Made by a program: the position numbers and the translations under genes | The notes under the pieces: generated by a model | Told to the model about the DNA's origin: nothing | The model's input: the letters and a program-made list of their open reading frames with translations, nothing else | Databases searched by the model: none | Assembly (NCBI GenBank): GCA_012026655.1 | Contig: JAAILG010000059.1 | Coordinates: forward strand, 62,001-126,000 | Reading direction: 5' to 3' | Source: Hydrolagus affinis | Taxonomy: Eukaryota | DNA length: 64,000 nt | Shown: positions 1-12,871 of the stretch, in pieces | Layout: each line of letters starts with the position of its first letter | How positions within the stretch are numbered: position 1 is the first letter of the stretch

Positions 1-380
1 ATTATTGCAAATCACTCAACTGCTGGAGCTCACAGGTCAGCAAGAGAACAACGTTTGTCCAGCAACTCCCAAGAACCACCTCATAAATAACAAGAATATG
101 TGATCCACCCAGAGGTGATGAACTATAAATTGGAGTATTGAAATGGCAAGAATAGAAACCTTGCCACCACTACAGCAGCTTTTACATGAAGATTTACATC
201 CACATATAGGATCTGAGGTACCATCAGATTTATCGGCCTAATATCAAAATTATACTGTTCTTACTCTGCTCACAAAAACAAACAAAATGCCGAATGCAAC
301 ATACTACTGAAAACAAAATATGATTCAGCGCATTATATTGTGGAATAGCAGGTTATAATGAGCTTAAGGCATTAATTTAT

Positions 381-1049
381 GCCACTATCTCACCCCCCAC
401 ACCACCGAAACTCTCATCCATGCCTTTATTACTTCCAGGCTCGACTACGGGAACTCTCTCCTCCTCGGCCTCCCCAGCTCCTCCCTTCACAGGCTGCAAA
501 TCATTCAGAATTCTACAGCTCGTGTAGTCTCCCGCACCAGGCTTCGCGACCACATCACTCCCACCCTCGCCCGTCTCCACTGGCTCATCGTCACCCAGAG
601 GATTGAATTCAAGATCCTTGTTCTCACTTTCAAGGCCATTCACAGCCTTGCCCCCACCTATCTCTCTGACCTACTGTCTCCCTATCAGCCTGCCCGCACT
701 CTCCGTTCAGCAGACTCAGGCCTGCTCTGCGTCCACCACCCTAACCGCCCGACTATCGGCGGTCAGGCTTATAGCTGCTCTGCTCCCACACTGTGGAACT
801 CCATCCCGCAGCCCCTCCCCCTCGCTTCCTCCCTTTCCTCCTTCAAGGCCGGTCTCAAGACCTTCCTCTTCGACCGCGCCTTCGGCTTCCCCACTAGCTC
901 TTCCCCCTCTCCCACTCTCCTTCCCCTTCCCCCTACCCTCGCTCCCCCCCGCTTGGGTCCCGACCTGACTGTTCAGCGCTTTGGGACGTCCTCCCGACGT
1001 GAAAGGCGCTATATAAGTGCAATTTTGTTGTTGTTTGTTGTTGTTGTTG
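381..1049 (+). mobile_element. 5'-truncated L2 LINE (ORF2 C-terminus, 3' stem-loop and (TTG)n tail)
   Basis: The frame from 380 reads ...TETLIHAFITSRLDYGNSLLLGLP...LHWL...RIEFKILVLTFKAIHSLAPTYLSDLL...LWNSIP...FKAGLKTFLFDRAF, typical of the L2 ORF2 C-terminus. It ends in CAGCGCTTTGGGACGTCCTCCCGACGTGAAAGGCGC plus (TTG)n. TAATTTAT at 373-380 and 1050-1057 is a likely TSD. Confidence 0.92.
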
Positions 1050-1254
1050 TAATTTATTGCACAAATAAGCCAGTCACGCTCAGTTGAATTATTGCCTGTT
1101 TACTACCTTAATCCTCCAAGCAAATAGAAACCTTACATTTGTCTATAGCTATAAAATGTTACCACGTTGCTTCCAGAGCTCTTAGTGGATTGCCAGTCCT
1201 CGAATAACTTATCACATGCGCCAATATAGACTCAAGATGGCTTAGGTGGGCTTC

Positions 1255-1321
1255 AGCACCCTGAGATGCCGTCCGGCGTGGAGGGCGCTACATAAATGCA
1301 AGTTGTTTTGGTGGTTGTTGT
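1255..1321 (+). mobile_element. L2-type 3' tail, variant family
   Basis: GCACCCTGAGATGCCGTCCGGCGTGGAGGGCGCTACATAAATGCAAGTTGTT has the same stem-loop plus TTG tail layout; related copies near 57108-57162(-) and 48646-48695(-). Confidence 0.65.
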
Positions 1322-1762
1322 AGATGGCTTTATTAGTGCTAAGAAAAATGTAATATCGTACAGTGGCGATCTGATTATCCTGATAAACGAACACACAATC
1401 TAACACTGCAGCCACCATTGCCACAAAGACACCTCCACACCACGCTGCCTAACCAAGAATGCATGTGCCTGGAGGATTGATGCTCCAGCTAATGCAGGGA
1501 TTCATTGAGAGCAGAATATCTTAACCAAACAGTACAACCACATCAGTTTCCATGGAGCAAAGGAAACTCCAACGATACCTACAGCACACGGTCACTTACA
1601 AAATACATCGTCACTACACTGGGAAGCTTTCTGAGATGTCCATCCGCTGTGAAAGGCGCTGTGTCAAATGCAATGATCAATACTAAATATTGTTCTTAAT
1701 ATGTAAATGAATCTACGTACATATACATGAATCTGTGTGAGACTTGCATTCCCCTTCCCCCC

Positions 1763-2020
1763 AATAATCCTTGCATTTGATTGAGCGTTTTTCAGCTCTT
1801 CTAGACGTCTCAAAGCGCTTCGCAGAATATACTTTAAAGTGTATTGACTGTATATGTGGCCGAAATGTGGCAGCCAATTGCACACAATAGTGTCCCATAA
1901 ACTGTGGTGGATTGAAATTACCAATTTATTATTTTTGGGGGGGATTATTATTAGGCGTATGGAGTAAGGAAACTTGCCCAAAGTTTTGCCCTTGCCAGGA
2001 ATTGAATCCAGGTCTCTTGC
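1763..2020 (-). mobile_element. tRNA-headed Deu/L2-tail SINE, head truncated
   Basis: Reverse complement matches the family body and tail (GGGCAAGTTTCCTTACTCC...GGGACACT..TGTGCAATTGGCTGCC...GAAGCGCTTTGAGACGTCTAGAAGA...CAAATGCAAGGATTATT). Confidence 0.9.
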
Positions 2021-2533
2021 TGGATTCAATAGAAGATAAACAATATTTTTATAAATCAGATTTAATTGTGCATTATTTATTTTTGCATTTTCGAGGCGTT
2101 TTCTATGTTTTTTCACCTCTATAGAGGTAAAAGAGGCAGCAGTTGAGGCACTCAGATAACGGGCACTGTTGTTACGTTCTCTCAGCTCCATGTCACCTCT
2201 GATCAAACAGATTGATATTGCAGTGCACGTCTGTTGCTCTGCAGAATCTAGTGTGTCACTTTTTTCCAATACAGAACTATGCACTGCTTCACACATCTTA
2301 TGACATTTTTATTTATGGCACTCTAGTAATAAATCAGAATTGCCTTGCCGATACCAATCCTGAGAAGTAATGATCAGGATTAAAGCTAGATGGTGTCTTG
2401 TAAAAACTTTTCATGATTGACTTGGTTAACTTGTCAAAAAATGAAGATTGCAACTGGAAAGTTTGTCGTGATCCAGCACCACATTCAGTGCAGTGGAAAA
2501 CTTTTGCACATGCACGCATACACACACACCACC

Positions 2534-2604
2534 AACAACAACAACAGCAGCAAAATTACATGTGTATAGCGCCATTCACATTGGGAGGATGTCCCAACGC
2601 GCTG
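2534..2604 (-). mobile_element. L2 3' tail-only insertion
   Basis: (CAA)n followed by the reverse complement of the L2 stem-loop. Confidence 0.75.
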
Positions 2605-4164
2605 ACACACACACAGAAGACCAGACAGTCAATGTAAATTTCTAATTTCTCACGGATCATTGTTGAAAGGAACAGGAAGCCATAAAGGATGTGGAAAAGG
2701 TTCAATTCCCCCTGTAGATCCATAGCAGGTTCCTAATGTTAGTTCGATGTACAGTAAATCTTATGGTCACAGGCGCAGTTGGTTTTGGGAGCATGATCAA
2801 ACAGATTTAATTTTTGCCACACATTTTGAACAATGCAAATTTTCTAGTCCACAGACAGGGTACATCCTCCTCTATAACACTTGCTGTACATGCGCCAGTG
2901 TTCTTGTGTTGTTTACTATATGCATTGGCGACCTTCTTCTAACAACTCGGCCTGTAATGTATTCACCGCTGTTATGAATCTAACCTGCAGGCTGGCAAGA
3001 TGTGTCCAAGAACTGAAGAAGATAAGGCCCCTCTAAGCAGAGATACAGTGGAACCAGGCTCTCCATTACAGGTACCATTTGTTGTAGCTCACACAAGAAA
3101 TAAACGTCTATCCTGGCCCAGTCTTTAAAGGGCAACCAATCACATCTATACAGGGATCAGAGTTGCTGGGAGAGTATATGACACCGAGAATGAAAAATGT
3201 CACTCATTAGCAAACAAATCTGCCAGCGCTTGTATATGCTTAACCATTATTGCTCAGTCACTGGGGAATTTCATTCGTTATTATGCCACAGAGAGGAACT
3301 TAAGCAAAGTTACAACTGTCAAATGAAAGGTCGTGTGCTGTCATGGTTAGCTATCGTTTGTGTCCAATTGAATAATGGCCCTGCTATAAGGGATTGCTTG
3401 CAACACACTTGGGATTTGAAGATAGCTCCACAGCACTGTACCTTCTCTGAGGCAGTTAGATTATGTGACTGTAACCTACCCTGATCCTCCAGTTAGAGGC
3501 TCTCAAAACGCAGTCCTTTTGCGGACCCAAGGTATACAGGAGAAAGAGGAGGGGGAGTGGGGGCGTTGGGGGGGACCTGGTTTTAAAAGGGGTTTCATAG
3601 CATGAGATGGAGGGTAGGAAGTGGAAGAATTTAGGAAGGGAGTTCCAGAGAGCAGTAGCACATTGTGGCAGAAACCTCAGCTCCCTGATACTCTCCCTGC
3701 TTTGATTTGGTCAGAGAAAGTTTGCGTTACCCAAACACCATGTGTAAAAACTGGTGAGAGAAAGATTTGTGGTGTTTGAACACCCAGCCTTCTATAATCA
3801 ATGGAATTTACTTTTCAACTTAACTGGATTTCGCAACCGTTATGAAGCGAAGCCTTCAATTTGGGGCAGTAAATGTCTGTGGTGTGTGCCTTGATTAAAC
3901 CTTGGCCCAAAGCGTTTATCCTGGAAAACATCGCTCCCCGACAAGCAGAAGTTATTGCAAGATCCTAAATAGACTATTTACAGTTTTTCAAAATAAGTTT
4001 GGATAGCTTGCAATGGTCCCTTTGGTTTTACAAGAAAATGGTGGTTGGGTGGCACAAGTTATATTTTTATCAATTTGCCATCATCCACATTGCCAAATTA
4101 CTTAAGGTAATTCGGGAAAATTTAGACTTAAATTCTCTGTGAAATCTGGAAATCGTGCATCAGC

Positions 4165-4530
4165 TTAGCTATGTGAGCGTATCTCTCATGTCCAAGTGAG
4201 AAGGTTGTGGGTTCAAGTCCAGCTCTACTTTGGGATTTGAACACATAAGCAGTAGAAATTCCTGAGGCGGAAAAGTGAAAAAACAACTAATCATTGTTGA
4301 GGAGAATTTTTAATCAAGATTTACTTGTCCAGGTGGAAATTGAAGCTACCAATTTAAGAAAGAAAAGGCAGTTTCTTGGCCTCCAAGTCTCCAGATTAAT
4401 TGGTCATTCATCTCATGTTTTTTTTTAGTACCTTGCAAATTGCTAACACTTTTGTTTTTGCCAACATAACCTATCAGTACTCACAAGAGTAATCGCTTGG
4501 GAAGCACTTTGAGACATTTCAATACAAGAA
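4165..4530 (+). mobile_element. Degenerate SacSINE1/AmnSINE-like Deu-SINE
   Basis: AGAAGGTTGTGGGTTCAAGTCC B-box head, CAGGTGGA and GTTTCTTGGCC Deu remnants, AAGCACTTTGAGACA tail. Confidence 0.55.
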
Positions 4531-4734
4531 AGGACAACACAGTGTCACACTACCCTAGTACCTCAATGGAGTGTCACTCGGGCTGGAGTGAACATTTTGT
4601 GCAGTTCAAGTTTCAAATAAGGTCCATTTCTCCTTTGTTAACCTTTTTGCTCTTCCGTCTTTGAAGCAACATGAAACATTATAGAAAGTAATTCAATCGA
4701 CTGTGAGATTTGGCAATTATCTTCCGATCTCTTA

Positions 4735-4820
4735 TCAGTAAAGCAATTTTCTTTTTGCAAAATCATCAAAATAGGCAGAGCGAGGGTCAAATACGATAAA
4801 ACAGTTAGAACCACGGACTG
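4735..4820 (-). CDS. Candidate terminal coding exon of an unidentified minus-strand gene: (A)VRGSNCFIVFDPRSAYFDDFAKRKLLY*
   Basis: Acceptor ttaccctttatgcag. A phase-1 start matches the phase-1 end of exon 12817-12871, and the frame is open to TGA. Confidence 0.4.
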
Positions 4821-6669
4821 CTGCATAAAGGGTAAATAGTTAAAAGGGAGGGAAAACTTTCATTTCTTATAAATATAGCTAAAATTATTGTTTTGCACCA
4901 TTTAATTGTAATACTGTATAACACCTGAGCCCACTGCAGTTAAGTACATGCCTATCAACCAATGATGCAATGATACAGAGGAATGCGCTAGACATCAAAG
5001 CCAGTTTCGCAGAAAAGTGACGATGGGTGCTGCGTTAGGAGGGTTGTGATAACAGAGTAGTCACCAAACCAACCAATAATTAAGAAATGCATTACATATC
5101 ATTTGAATTGTGTGAAATTGTTTTCAAATTAGCATGTCAGAACTGATAAAACTCAGCTGCATGAGAGCTAAATGAGTTGCTTGGGTTAAAAAGGAATTAA
5201 AGGATTTAGCAGATTAGTTGCGAGTGTATTCAACTGACTCTAATGACCTTTTATTCACAGGCTTAATTACTAGAATCAGGGGCTACTCAGTTTCTTATTA
5301 ATATGATAATTTAATCAAACTGATTGAACTAATTATTCAAAGGAATATTGGGACGTCAGCTACATGTGACATTTCTGAAAGATGTGTAATTTGTTTTCAG
5401 GTACATTTGGGTCAGTGTTAAGCAACTGAGCCCTAAATACATTCCAATAAATAATTTTTTTAAATAAGGGCTAAATAATGCAAGAGGCAGTAAATGGTTG
5501 GTTGTTTTTATAATCAATTGGATTACACTGCAAGAAATATGATACACAGCTTTCACGAATATTCATCTTAATTACCATGGCGACGAGAGAAATTTATCTG
5601 TGCTCCATTGGTTCCAGCAGCAGATGATGTTCTCTCCCTGTTTCTCTCAGCAACCTTTTGGCATCTGCTTCTACCAATGAATTCCATCTGTTGTGTTCTC
5701 TTGTGCACTCAGTTTATCCCTTCAGTCACATTCCTTTAGGGCTTTACCCTTCAACCCATCTATCATGGACCATCATGTGTAAAAAATGCTCCTACATTGT
5801 CAAATACAGGCCTCTCACTTCTCTCCTATCACTGGTAGAATGTCCTTTTTAATAACACCCAGTTCCAATAGGTTTGCCCTCTTTTCAGTGGCAGTCACGC
5901 TGAACAAACCACAAACACTTGTAAAGTAAAGTTTCACACATTTCCTTTCCACTTTCTGTGGAGTTAAATCAAAGTCACTGTTAGGTGGGTGTAGAAAATT
6001 ACAAAGGTTTAGCTCCAGTAAAGCACATGCAAAATGATCCAGTGTCCAGAGTTGGGGTTAAAACGTAGGAAGTTAAGCTATATCAATTTAATCAGAAAAA
6101 ATCCTGAGCAAGGAAATATGGATAAACCTTTGGGAATAGAAACAATTTAATTCTTATACATTATACACCAAAAGGGCAGGACGAGAAATAATTAGTAGAG
6201 TGGTTCTCGCTCGAAGAGGAATGTGAAATCTGAGAACAATAAATTGAGAATCGGGAGTTGAGCATTAAAAAAATGAATTTTTATTGACTCAGCATATGAA
6301 ACAGGACATTCATCTACTGCATAGGAATACCTGAATACAGGCCAATGATACAGGCCAGTTGGGACCTTGTGTTCATGCGTGTTGTGCAATTTTAAGAGAG
6401 ACTTTACGTGATTTACATGTATTACCTTCCCCCCCAAAATGGCGGATTTATTGAAACGTTAGGAAAGGAACAAACCAAAGAACTTAACCATGTTTACATC
6501 TGTCCTCAAAACATCATATATTTGTGGTGCTGCATTTCAGTATGGTTTCACACAGTGCTTGTCACATTCGCGAACAACAACAACATGCACATATATTTAT
6601 GTATTGGTTGTAGTCAATTGGCGGATTGGCTTCGCGGGGGGATAGTATTGTAATCACTTAAACAAAACT

Positions 6670-6835
6670 ATTTGGTCACGCAATCCACGATTGTTTGTGG
6701 GACACTCCTGTGCGCAATTGGCTGCTGCATTTCACCCACACATTACACACTTTACAGTATATTCTGTGAGGTGCTTTGAGATGTCTCAAAGACGTGATAA
6801 GGCATTATATCAAATGCAAGAATTATTATTATTAT
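6670..6835 (+). mobile_element. Deu/L2-tail SINE, 3' half
   Basis: TGTTTGTGGGACACTCCTGTGCGCAATTGGCTGC...TCAAATGCAAGAATTATTATT. Confidence 0.85.
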
Positions 6836-9739
6836 ATTTACCTCTAGACATGGGGCAATGTATTGGAGCGCTTAATCTAACAGATAAAAGAGGGTTGACC
6901 GGGATGTCTCAAGAGTTGAATGATTTCAGATGTTGCTTGTTTCTTTTACCCAAAAAAATTCCACTCCACAGATAAAAACGTACAATTCTTCAAGATTTAC
7001 AAGTGGATTACGAACAGCAGAAGAAAATGGGAAAATTGAGGGGATGTGACAATTATGGAAAAGGAATAAATAAATCCTTCACGACGGAAGCATTCCAGTA
7101 GCAGGCTAAAATAATTTGAGTTAAAATCATTCCTCTTTGCTGATTGCTTCAGAAATTTTAGTTCAAAGGTTGGAACCTTTATGTTCCCTGCAGGAGTTCA
7201 TGCTTCACGTACAAGCAAGTTAGTCTTTTGGGGAAAAAAAACCCAGTAGGAAATTAGGAAGGTTTTTAGGAAGCTATTCTTTAGAATTAATGACCACAGT
7301 GCAACAAGGGTCCAATGAACTTTCTTCACACTCAATGTATCCACTTTCTGAATAGGAGTATGGCGTGTGTTCAACACAGAGACAGCTGCAATTTTCCTGA
7401 TCTCTGGTTGATGAAAGAAGTAAGTCAAATATCCAAGAGTCAGAATCAAGAGTAAATATCAACAGTTAGTTCAATGCTAAGTGGTTCTGTAGCAAGGAGC
7501 CAAGAACGAACATTAATAATAAATAATTTCCCCCATTTAATTAACATTTCCAATTGAAGTGGATTACAAAAGATCATCCCAAAGCAATAATTAATGTTGA
7601 GGGTTAGTTTATACTACATTACGTTACCATCACTAGCTTCATTATGCTCATAAGAGATACTGCCAAGATTTTTAACTGATTTTTGCTGTTATTGCAAAAA
7701 ATATATTCTAAAATAGACCAATGGCTTTGCTCTCTGTTTTATCTACATCAAGCGTTAACAATTTTTACCTTCTCATACAAGTTTTTAGAACTAATCCTTT
7801 TACAAGTGACCCAACTGTATTTGTCGTGCATCTTGAACGTTTGTTATTCTGTGAATTATCTCCCCACTTTGTCTTGTGTGAAATATTTGCCGCGTTGTCA
7901 TATTAAACGTGCGAAGACTCCAGCTTCCCAGTTACCTTCCTCTGCTTTATAACCATATTTTGATTGTAGGTGGTGGGGAGTTGTGGGGGGGGGGGGGAGG
8001 GGAATCTCCCATCATAACGTATGGAGAATTATTGAGAGATAAACAAATTAGAAACCATAGCATTTTGAAAATCTCTGGCTTGGTGCTGTGAATAGATGGA
8101 AGAAATGTATTTGACAGATCTACAATTATAATCTATCCATTCTATTTGCAGGAAATTATCTTTCTTTTTAAAAAAAAAAATTCTCTGTATAAGAGTGTAA
8201 TAGTTGGACAATATTTTATGTACAATTTTTCAAATGTCAACATTGTATGAGAAAGTTATATATTGACATTATTTTTGAAATATTGGGGTGAAATTTAAAA
8301 CACATGTAAATTTGAGTACTGAAACACTTGACAGTCCAGCGTCTTGGGACGTCCTCCAGACGTGAATGGAGCTATACAGATGTAATGTTGTTGTTGTTAT
8401 TGTTGTTTGCTGCCATCCATTTAAAATGTAATTGAACTCAACACTGACATCTCCATCATTGAATTGCGAAATGTGGACTGGACCGTGATTTGTGCATCAC
8501 TTCTAATATTCTAGATGTGTACAGAATGTTTCTTGCAATTCTTTTTATATACAGTATGTAGCTCAAAATAAATATTTTAAAAGCTACAGCAAGATTCAAG
8601 GCTCAGAATTGTTACCAAGCAAAAGCTGGATGATTTACCCAGCAGATTTGTTGGCCTGAATAAATATTTCCAAAGTAGATACCTGTAGCTCCAATGAACG
8701 TCAAAAGTACAACATTTTTTTGTTTTTCTTAAGCTGTAAAACAGATGGATTCGAAAACAATTAGTTCATATTGTTACACAGTTCACTACGCTCTATCGAT
8801 CATGCTGTCAATCGCAACACACTAGAGCAGCAAGAGTAACATATTTTTAAAATTGCGTTCAAGATTTAAACTCCAATCCATTGACTTGGTTCAAAGGCTT
8901 TAACTTTTGAAAGGATTTACACCATGTTTAATTCCATCTTTTACAATTAAAACCAACCTATATTTTCAGAGTGCTTTATTTGTAAAAAGTAAGGGCCACC
9001 TCAAAGCATCCTTTCAGTGTTTTTTATGCAAGTTAAATACATGTTCTATCGTGATTTGCCCAATTGAGAGGAACTGTGTGATCTTCAGGGAGGGAAAATA
9101 AATGCATCAGCTAAACATTGTTTTATAAAAAGAAAACTGGTTTATTTTAGAACAGCAGAACTTCAGGAGTTAAATTCCATTGTAAAAGACCTGTTAAGAT
9201 TTCCACTAAGTCTCTCTTGGTTCCAACATTAAAAGTAATTCAATAACATCCAAGAGCCGAGCCTTAATTGAATTCGTGAATTTTCTTGACAAATTGAGAA
9301 TGCAACTGTGTGAAAAACAGCACTTAAAAATTCTACACATTCTGTATGTCTTCATAAGTTACAAAGAAACACATTGTGTCTTGGTCTCAACTTTCTGTAC
9401 TTATAATGACTTTTAAATCTCTTGCACTGTATGAAAATAAATAGCACAAATCAATTCTAATAATGTCATGTTGCCATTTTAATTCACGTGAAAATATACA
9501 TTTGAATTAAACATGTGCCCTTATATTTCAGTACACTGGTTGGATGCATTAATTTTGCACAGGCTTGTCATTTTAGAACTCTTTTCATTTCAATAGTGTG
9601 TGCAAACATTGCAATTGGTGCCGCAGACCATTCTGCTGAAAATCGTTTTCATGTCGGATTCCATGAATAATTTAGAAGTGTGCCAACGACTAACATTTAT
9701 TATGTTTCAATATTAATTATTTAAGGAGTTGCTTATCAA

Positions 9740-10105
9740 GGAGTACTGTAGCTCAGTGGTTAAAGCACTCGCCACGCAAGCGAGAGACCTGGGTTTGATT
9801 CCAGGCCGGGCGAAACCTTGGCCAAGTGTCCTTACTCCACACGACTAATAATAATCTCGCAAGAGAGAGAAAAAGAAATTGGTCACTTCAATCCACTACT
9901 GTTTGGGGGACACTGCCGTGTGCAATTGGCTGCTGTGTTTCGCCCACAAATTGACTTTACATTACATTCTGTGAAGCGCTTTGAGACATCTAGAAGACGT
10001 GAAAAGCGCTACATCAAACGCAAAGCTTATTTTTATATTCTGTGAAGTGCTTTGAGACATCTAGAAGGTGTGAAAAGCACTACATCGAAAGCAAGGTTTA
10101 TTATT
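9740..10105 (+). mobile_element. Full-length tRNA/Deu/L2-tail SINE with a tandemly duplicated tail
   Basis: GGAGTACTGTAGCTCAGTGGTT A-box and GGTTTGATTCC B-box. The tail stem-loop occurs twice (about 9968-10035 and 10038-10105). Confidence 0.9.
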
Positions 10106-10547
10106 TTCATTGTAAACTTGACTCCCTCACTTCAAATTGCTAACAAAAGCACAAAATACGTCACAGCTAACTGCGGCGCATGTGAAATAAATTGCAGCGC
10201 AAAACCATGCATTTCCCAAAATATAATTCAGAATAATAGAAACAATTACAATATCTATGGGAATTTAGTTGGATATAATGGCTCAATCTGACAGTTAGAG
10301 AATAATGTGGTGCAATAACCTATGCGTAAATGAACATTACAATTTACTAATGTGAAAACCACAGCCTTTAAGTCTTCAGTCAAAGCATCTACTGGATTGG
10401 TTCATGTACATTCATTGCAAAGTGTGCTCGGGTCAAAAAAATACAACAACTTTCCACAATGTAGGTTACAGGGCGATTAATTTCATAAGTGTAACATACA
10501 TTCAACTGGCATACAGTTATATGAAATTGTAACAAATTGGAATTTTT

Positions 10548-10682
10548 CGACCTCCCCTACGTGTTTCACCCCTTCCCGAACACTCCCCTCCCAGCTCGGG
10601 TCACACGCCTCCTGTTCAGCGCCTTGGGACGTCCTCCCGACGTGAAAGGCGCTCTATAAGTGTAATTTGTTGTTGTTGTTAC
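10548..10682 (+). mobile_element. L2 3'UTR fragment
   Basis: Closely matches 26018-26150; ends in the stem-loop plus (TTG)n. Confidence 0.85.
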
Positions 10683-10789
10683 TACTGTATATAGGTGGCT
10701 GCCTTGATAGTTCCGCGTGTTAGCAAGTTCGGTTTCAATTATACAGAGCAGTTAGAATGTAGTACTGTTGTTGTTGGAGCAAACAAAGT

Positions 10790-11105
10790 TGTGGGTTGGA
10801 GGGGGGGGATATATGAGTTCATAGTCTACCCTGAGTTCAAATGCAATCCTGGGGGAAGCGTTGCTTTGTCAGTGGTGCCATCTTTCAGATAGGACATTGA
10901 ACCACCTGCCTGGTCAGTTGAGAGTTAAAAATTTATTCCAGCGTCAACTCTCTGAAAACAGAGAAGGGAGTTTCTCCCTGCCTGCGTCCTGGCCAACAAA
11001 ACTCCCAGATAAAGTCACTCAATTCCAGACTGTTTATGGGACATTGCTGTGTGTAAATTGGCTGCGCTGTTCACTTACAAATGCACAGTCACAACTTCAT
11101 TGAAT
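10790..11105 (+). mobile_element. Old SacSINE1-like Deu-SINE
   Basis: GGTGCCATCTTTCAGATAGGACATTGAACC...GGGAGTTTCTCCCTG..GTCCTGGCCAACA...TGTTTATGGGACATTGCTGTGTGTAAATTGGCTGC. Confidence 0.7.
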
Positions 11106-12816
11106 CAATCTCAGAGGCGTCAGGGTTTTTTGCAGTTGTGTGCGTTTTTTTGTGTGCCATGGCTTATTCAACATCTCTCCACCCACCGTTTTTGACGCTT
11201 TCCTTCATCCGACAATGCCAGATGGAAATTTAAAGTGTGAAGCCCGGTGGAGAACAGTACTAGGCGTGGTTGTGATGACCCCCATGGTTGAACAATTCAC
11301 CGACACTCACGGTCCAAACTTACATGTGAAGCATGGCCACGTGGGAAAGAAACACAGCTTTCTTGTAACGATAATCAGTAGAAATCAGAATAACGTATAG
11401 GGCTGAATACCTGAACAGGTGTACAATTAATAGCTAAATCAACATGAATAAGTCTTAACTATAAGATAAACAGTTATCGATAGAGATCAATTCTTAAATA
11501 TGTATATCAATGTGCAGCTATTAATTACGTTTAGTGCACAGTTAAGAATAAACAAACGTTGACTTGAGTATACAGTTGAGAAAAGAATATGGATCAAGAT
11601 GGTTGATTCTTATCTGGAAAACACTGAGCTCAACACCAACCTTTTAGGTTTGTTATCAGGAAATATGCTACAGCTTTCTGTTTCATCCCTGAATTCACTC
11701 AATCAGAACTGGGTGACAGTGGAATATTCTTGATTCTAAAGCAATGAGGTGAAAGTTATAGCTTTTGGAGAATAATTTGCTCCACGATTACCTAATAAAC
11801 TGAAGAAAACAGTTTTTGTTTTGAACCGTAATTGAGAATCATTCATGGAAAATGGCTACTAATGGCTACGATTGAATGGCATTACACCTTGTCATTATGA
11901 AATGCTCCGAGATATTATCCTACTTGAACGGGATTATAATAAAACACTAATTGCAGTTGGCTGCAGAACAAACCAAAGTAGATGAGATGTGTATTGTTAC
12001 TAGCTAGACCATTAATCAATGAACCGACATGAATACAAGGTGAAATATTAATGTATGATAAAGCCACGTGATTAAACAAAATCATATGTTCCAGCACAAA
12101 CTGCCTATACGACAAAATGTAACAGTGGCTCGCAGGAAAATATTTTTCTTTAAATGACATTTCAGTACATTCACCACTGGTTCATGGGCTTTAGATATAC
12201 AGTAGCATGGTTGTTCAAGACAACTGTAGTTGATTAAAATGGTAAATAATTTATCCTTCAGGCAATGCTGAGCATTAAAGTCTATTCATGAATATTGTAG
12301 GTCTCCAGTTATTTCCACAATATGAAAACAAAAGTCCTGTTTACCAACTAAATAAAGAGAAAATCCACATGGAAATGCTTTTGTTTTAATGAGTAATTAT
12401 GAATCATTCATGAATAAATTAACTTCCAGTCCCAAAAAGCAGGTGGCACATCAGAGCACAAGGTGAATTTATGTCTTATTTTCTCTGCCAGAGTTTGCAT
12501 ATTAACTGAAAAGGAGTTCAGTTTAATCTGCTGAAGACTATACATGGACTTAACTAAGATGACAGCCATCATCTACTTAGCTCCTTTTGGCCCATCAGAT
12601 ATCCTCCAAAATTCCCACCCTAACATCCTCCCATGAGAACATCTTTGAAAGACAGATTTTAGGCGCCTCCATAGATTTTTTTTTCAGATTAACAAAATGA
12701 TCGGTTATTCAGAAAACTGTTCCAAATTTGTTCATTGTTTTGATTGAAACCATATTGAATTTTCATTGCTTACGTAAGCTCTTTTTAAAATAAAATAATG
12801 CATGCGATTCACTTAC

Positions 12817-12871
12817 CTTTATCTTGCCCATTGTATCTCATAGCATATGATATCTCCATCTCAGCTGACAC
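12817..12871 (-). CDS. Candidate internal coding exon, VSAEMEISYAMRYNGQDK, 55 nt, phase 0 to 1
   Basis: Acceptor cctattttattcag, consensus donor AAG|gtaagt, open frame in phase with exon 22523-22560. Confidence 0.6.

Noticed and set aside
377-968. ORFs 377-643, 379-606 and 603-968
   Set aside because: Off-frame or antisense readings of the L2 ORF2 fragment.
1664-2296. Longest listed ORF (210 aa)
   Set aside because: It reads through a SINE. The same GKFPYS...ISIH..LWDT.VCNWL peptide recurs in other SINE ORFs (50034, 51881, 54975).
11324-11402. Possible extra minus-strand exon (ALYVILISTDYRYKKAVFLSHVAMLH) with a gtaagt donor
   Set aside because: Weak acceptor, and its phase-2 end gives an early stop when joined to the 4820 exon. 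Left unresolved.
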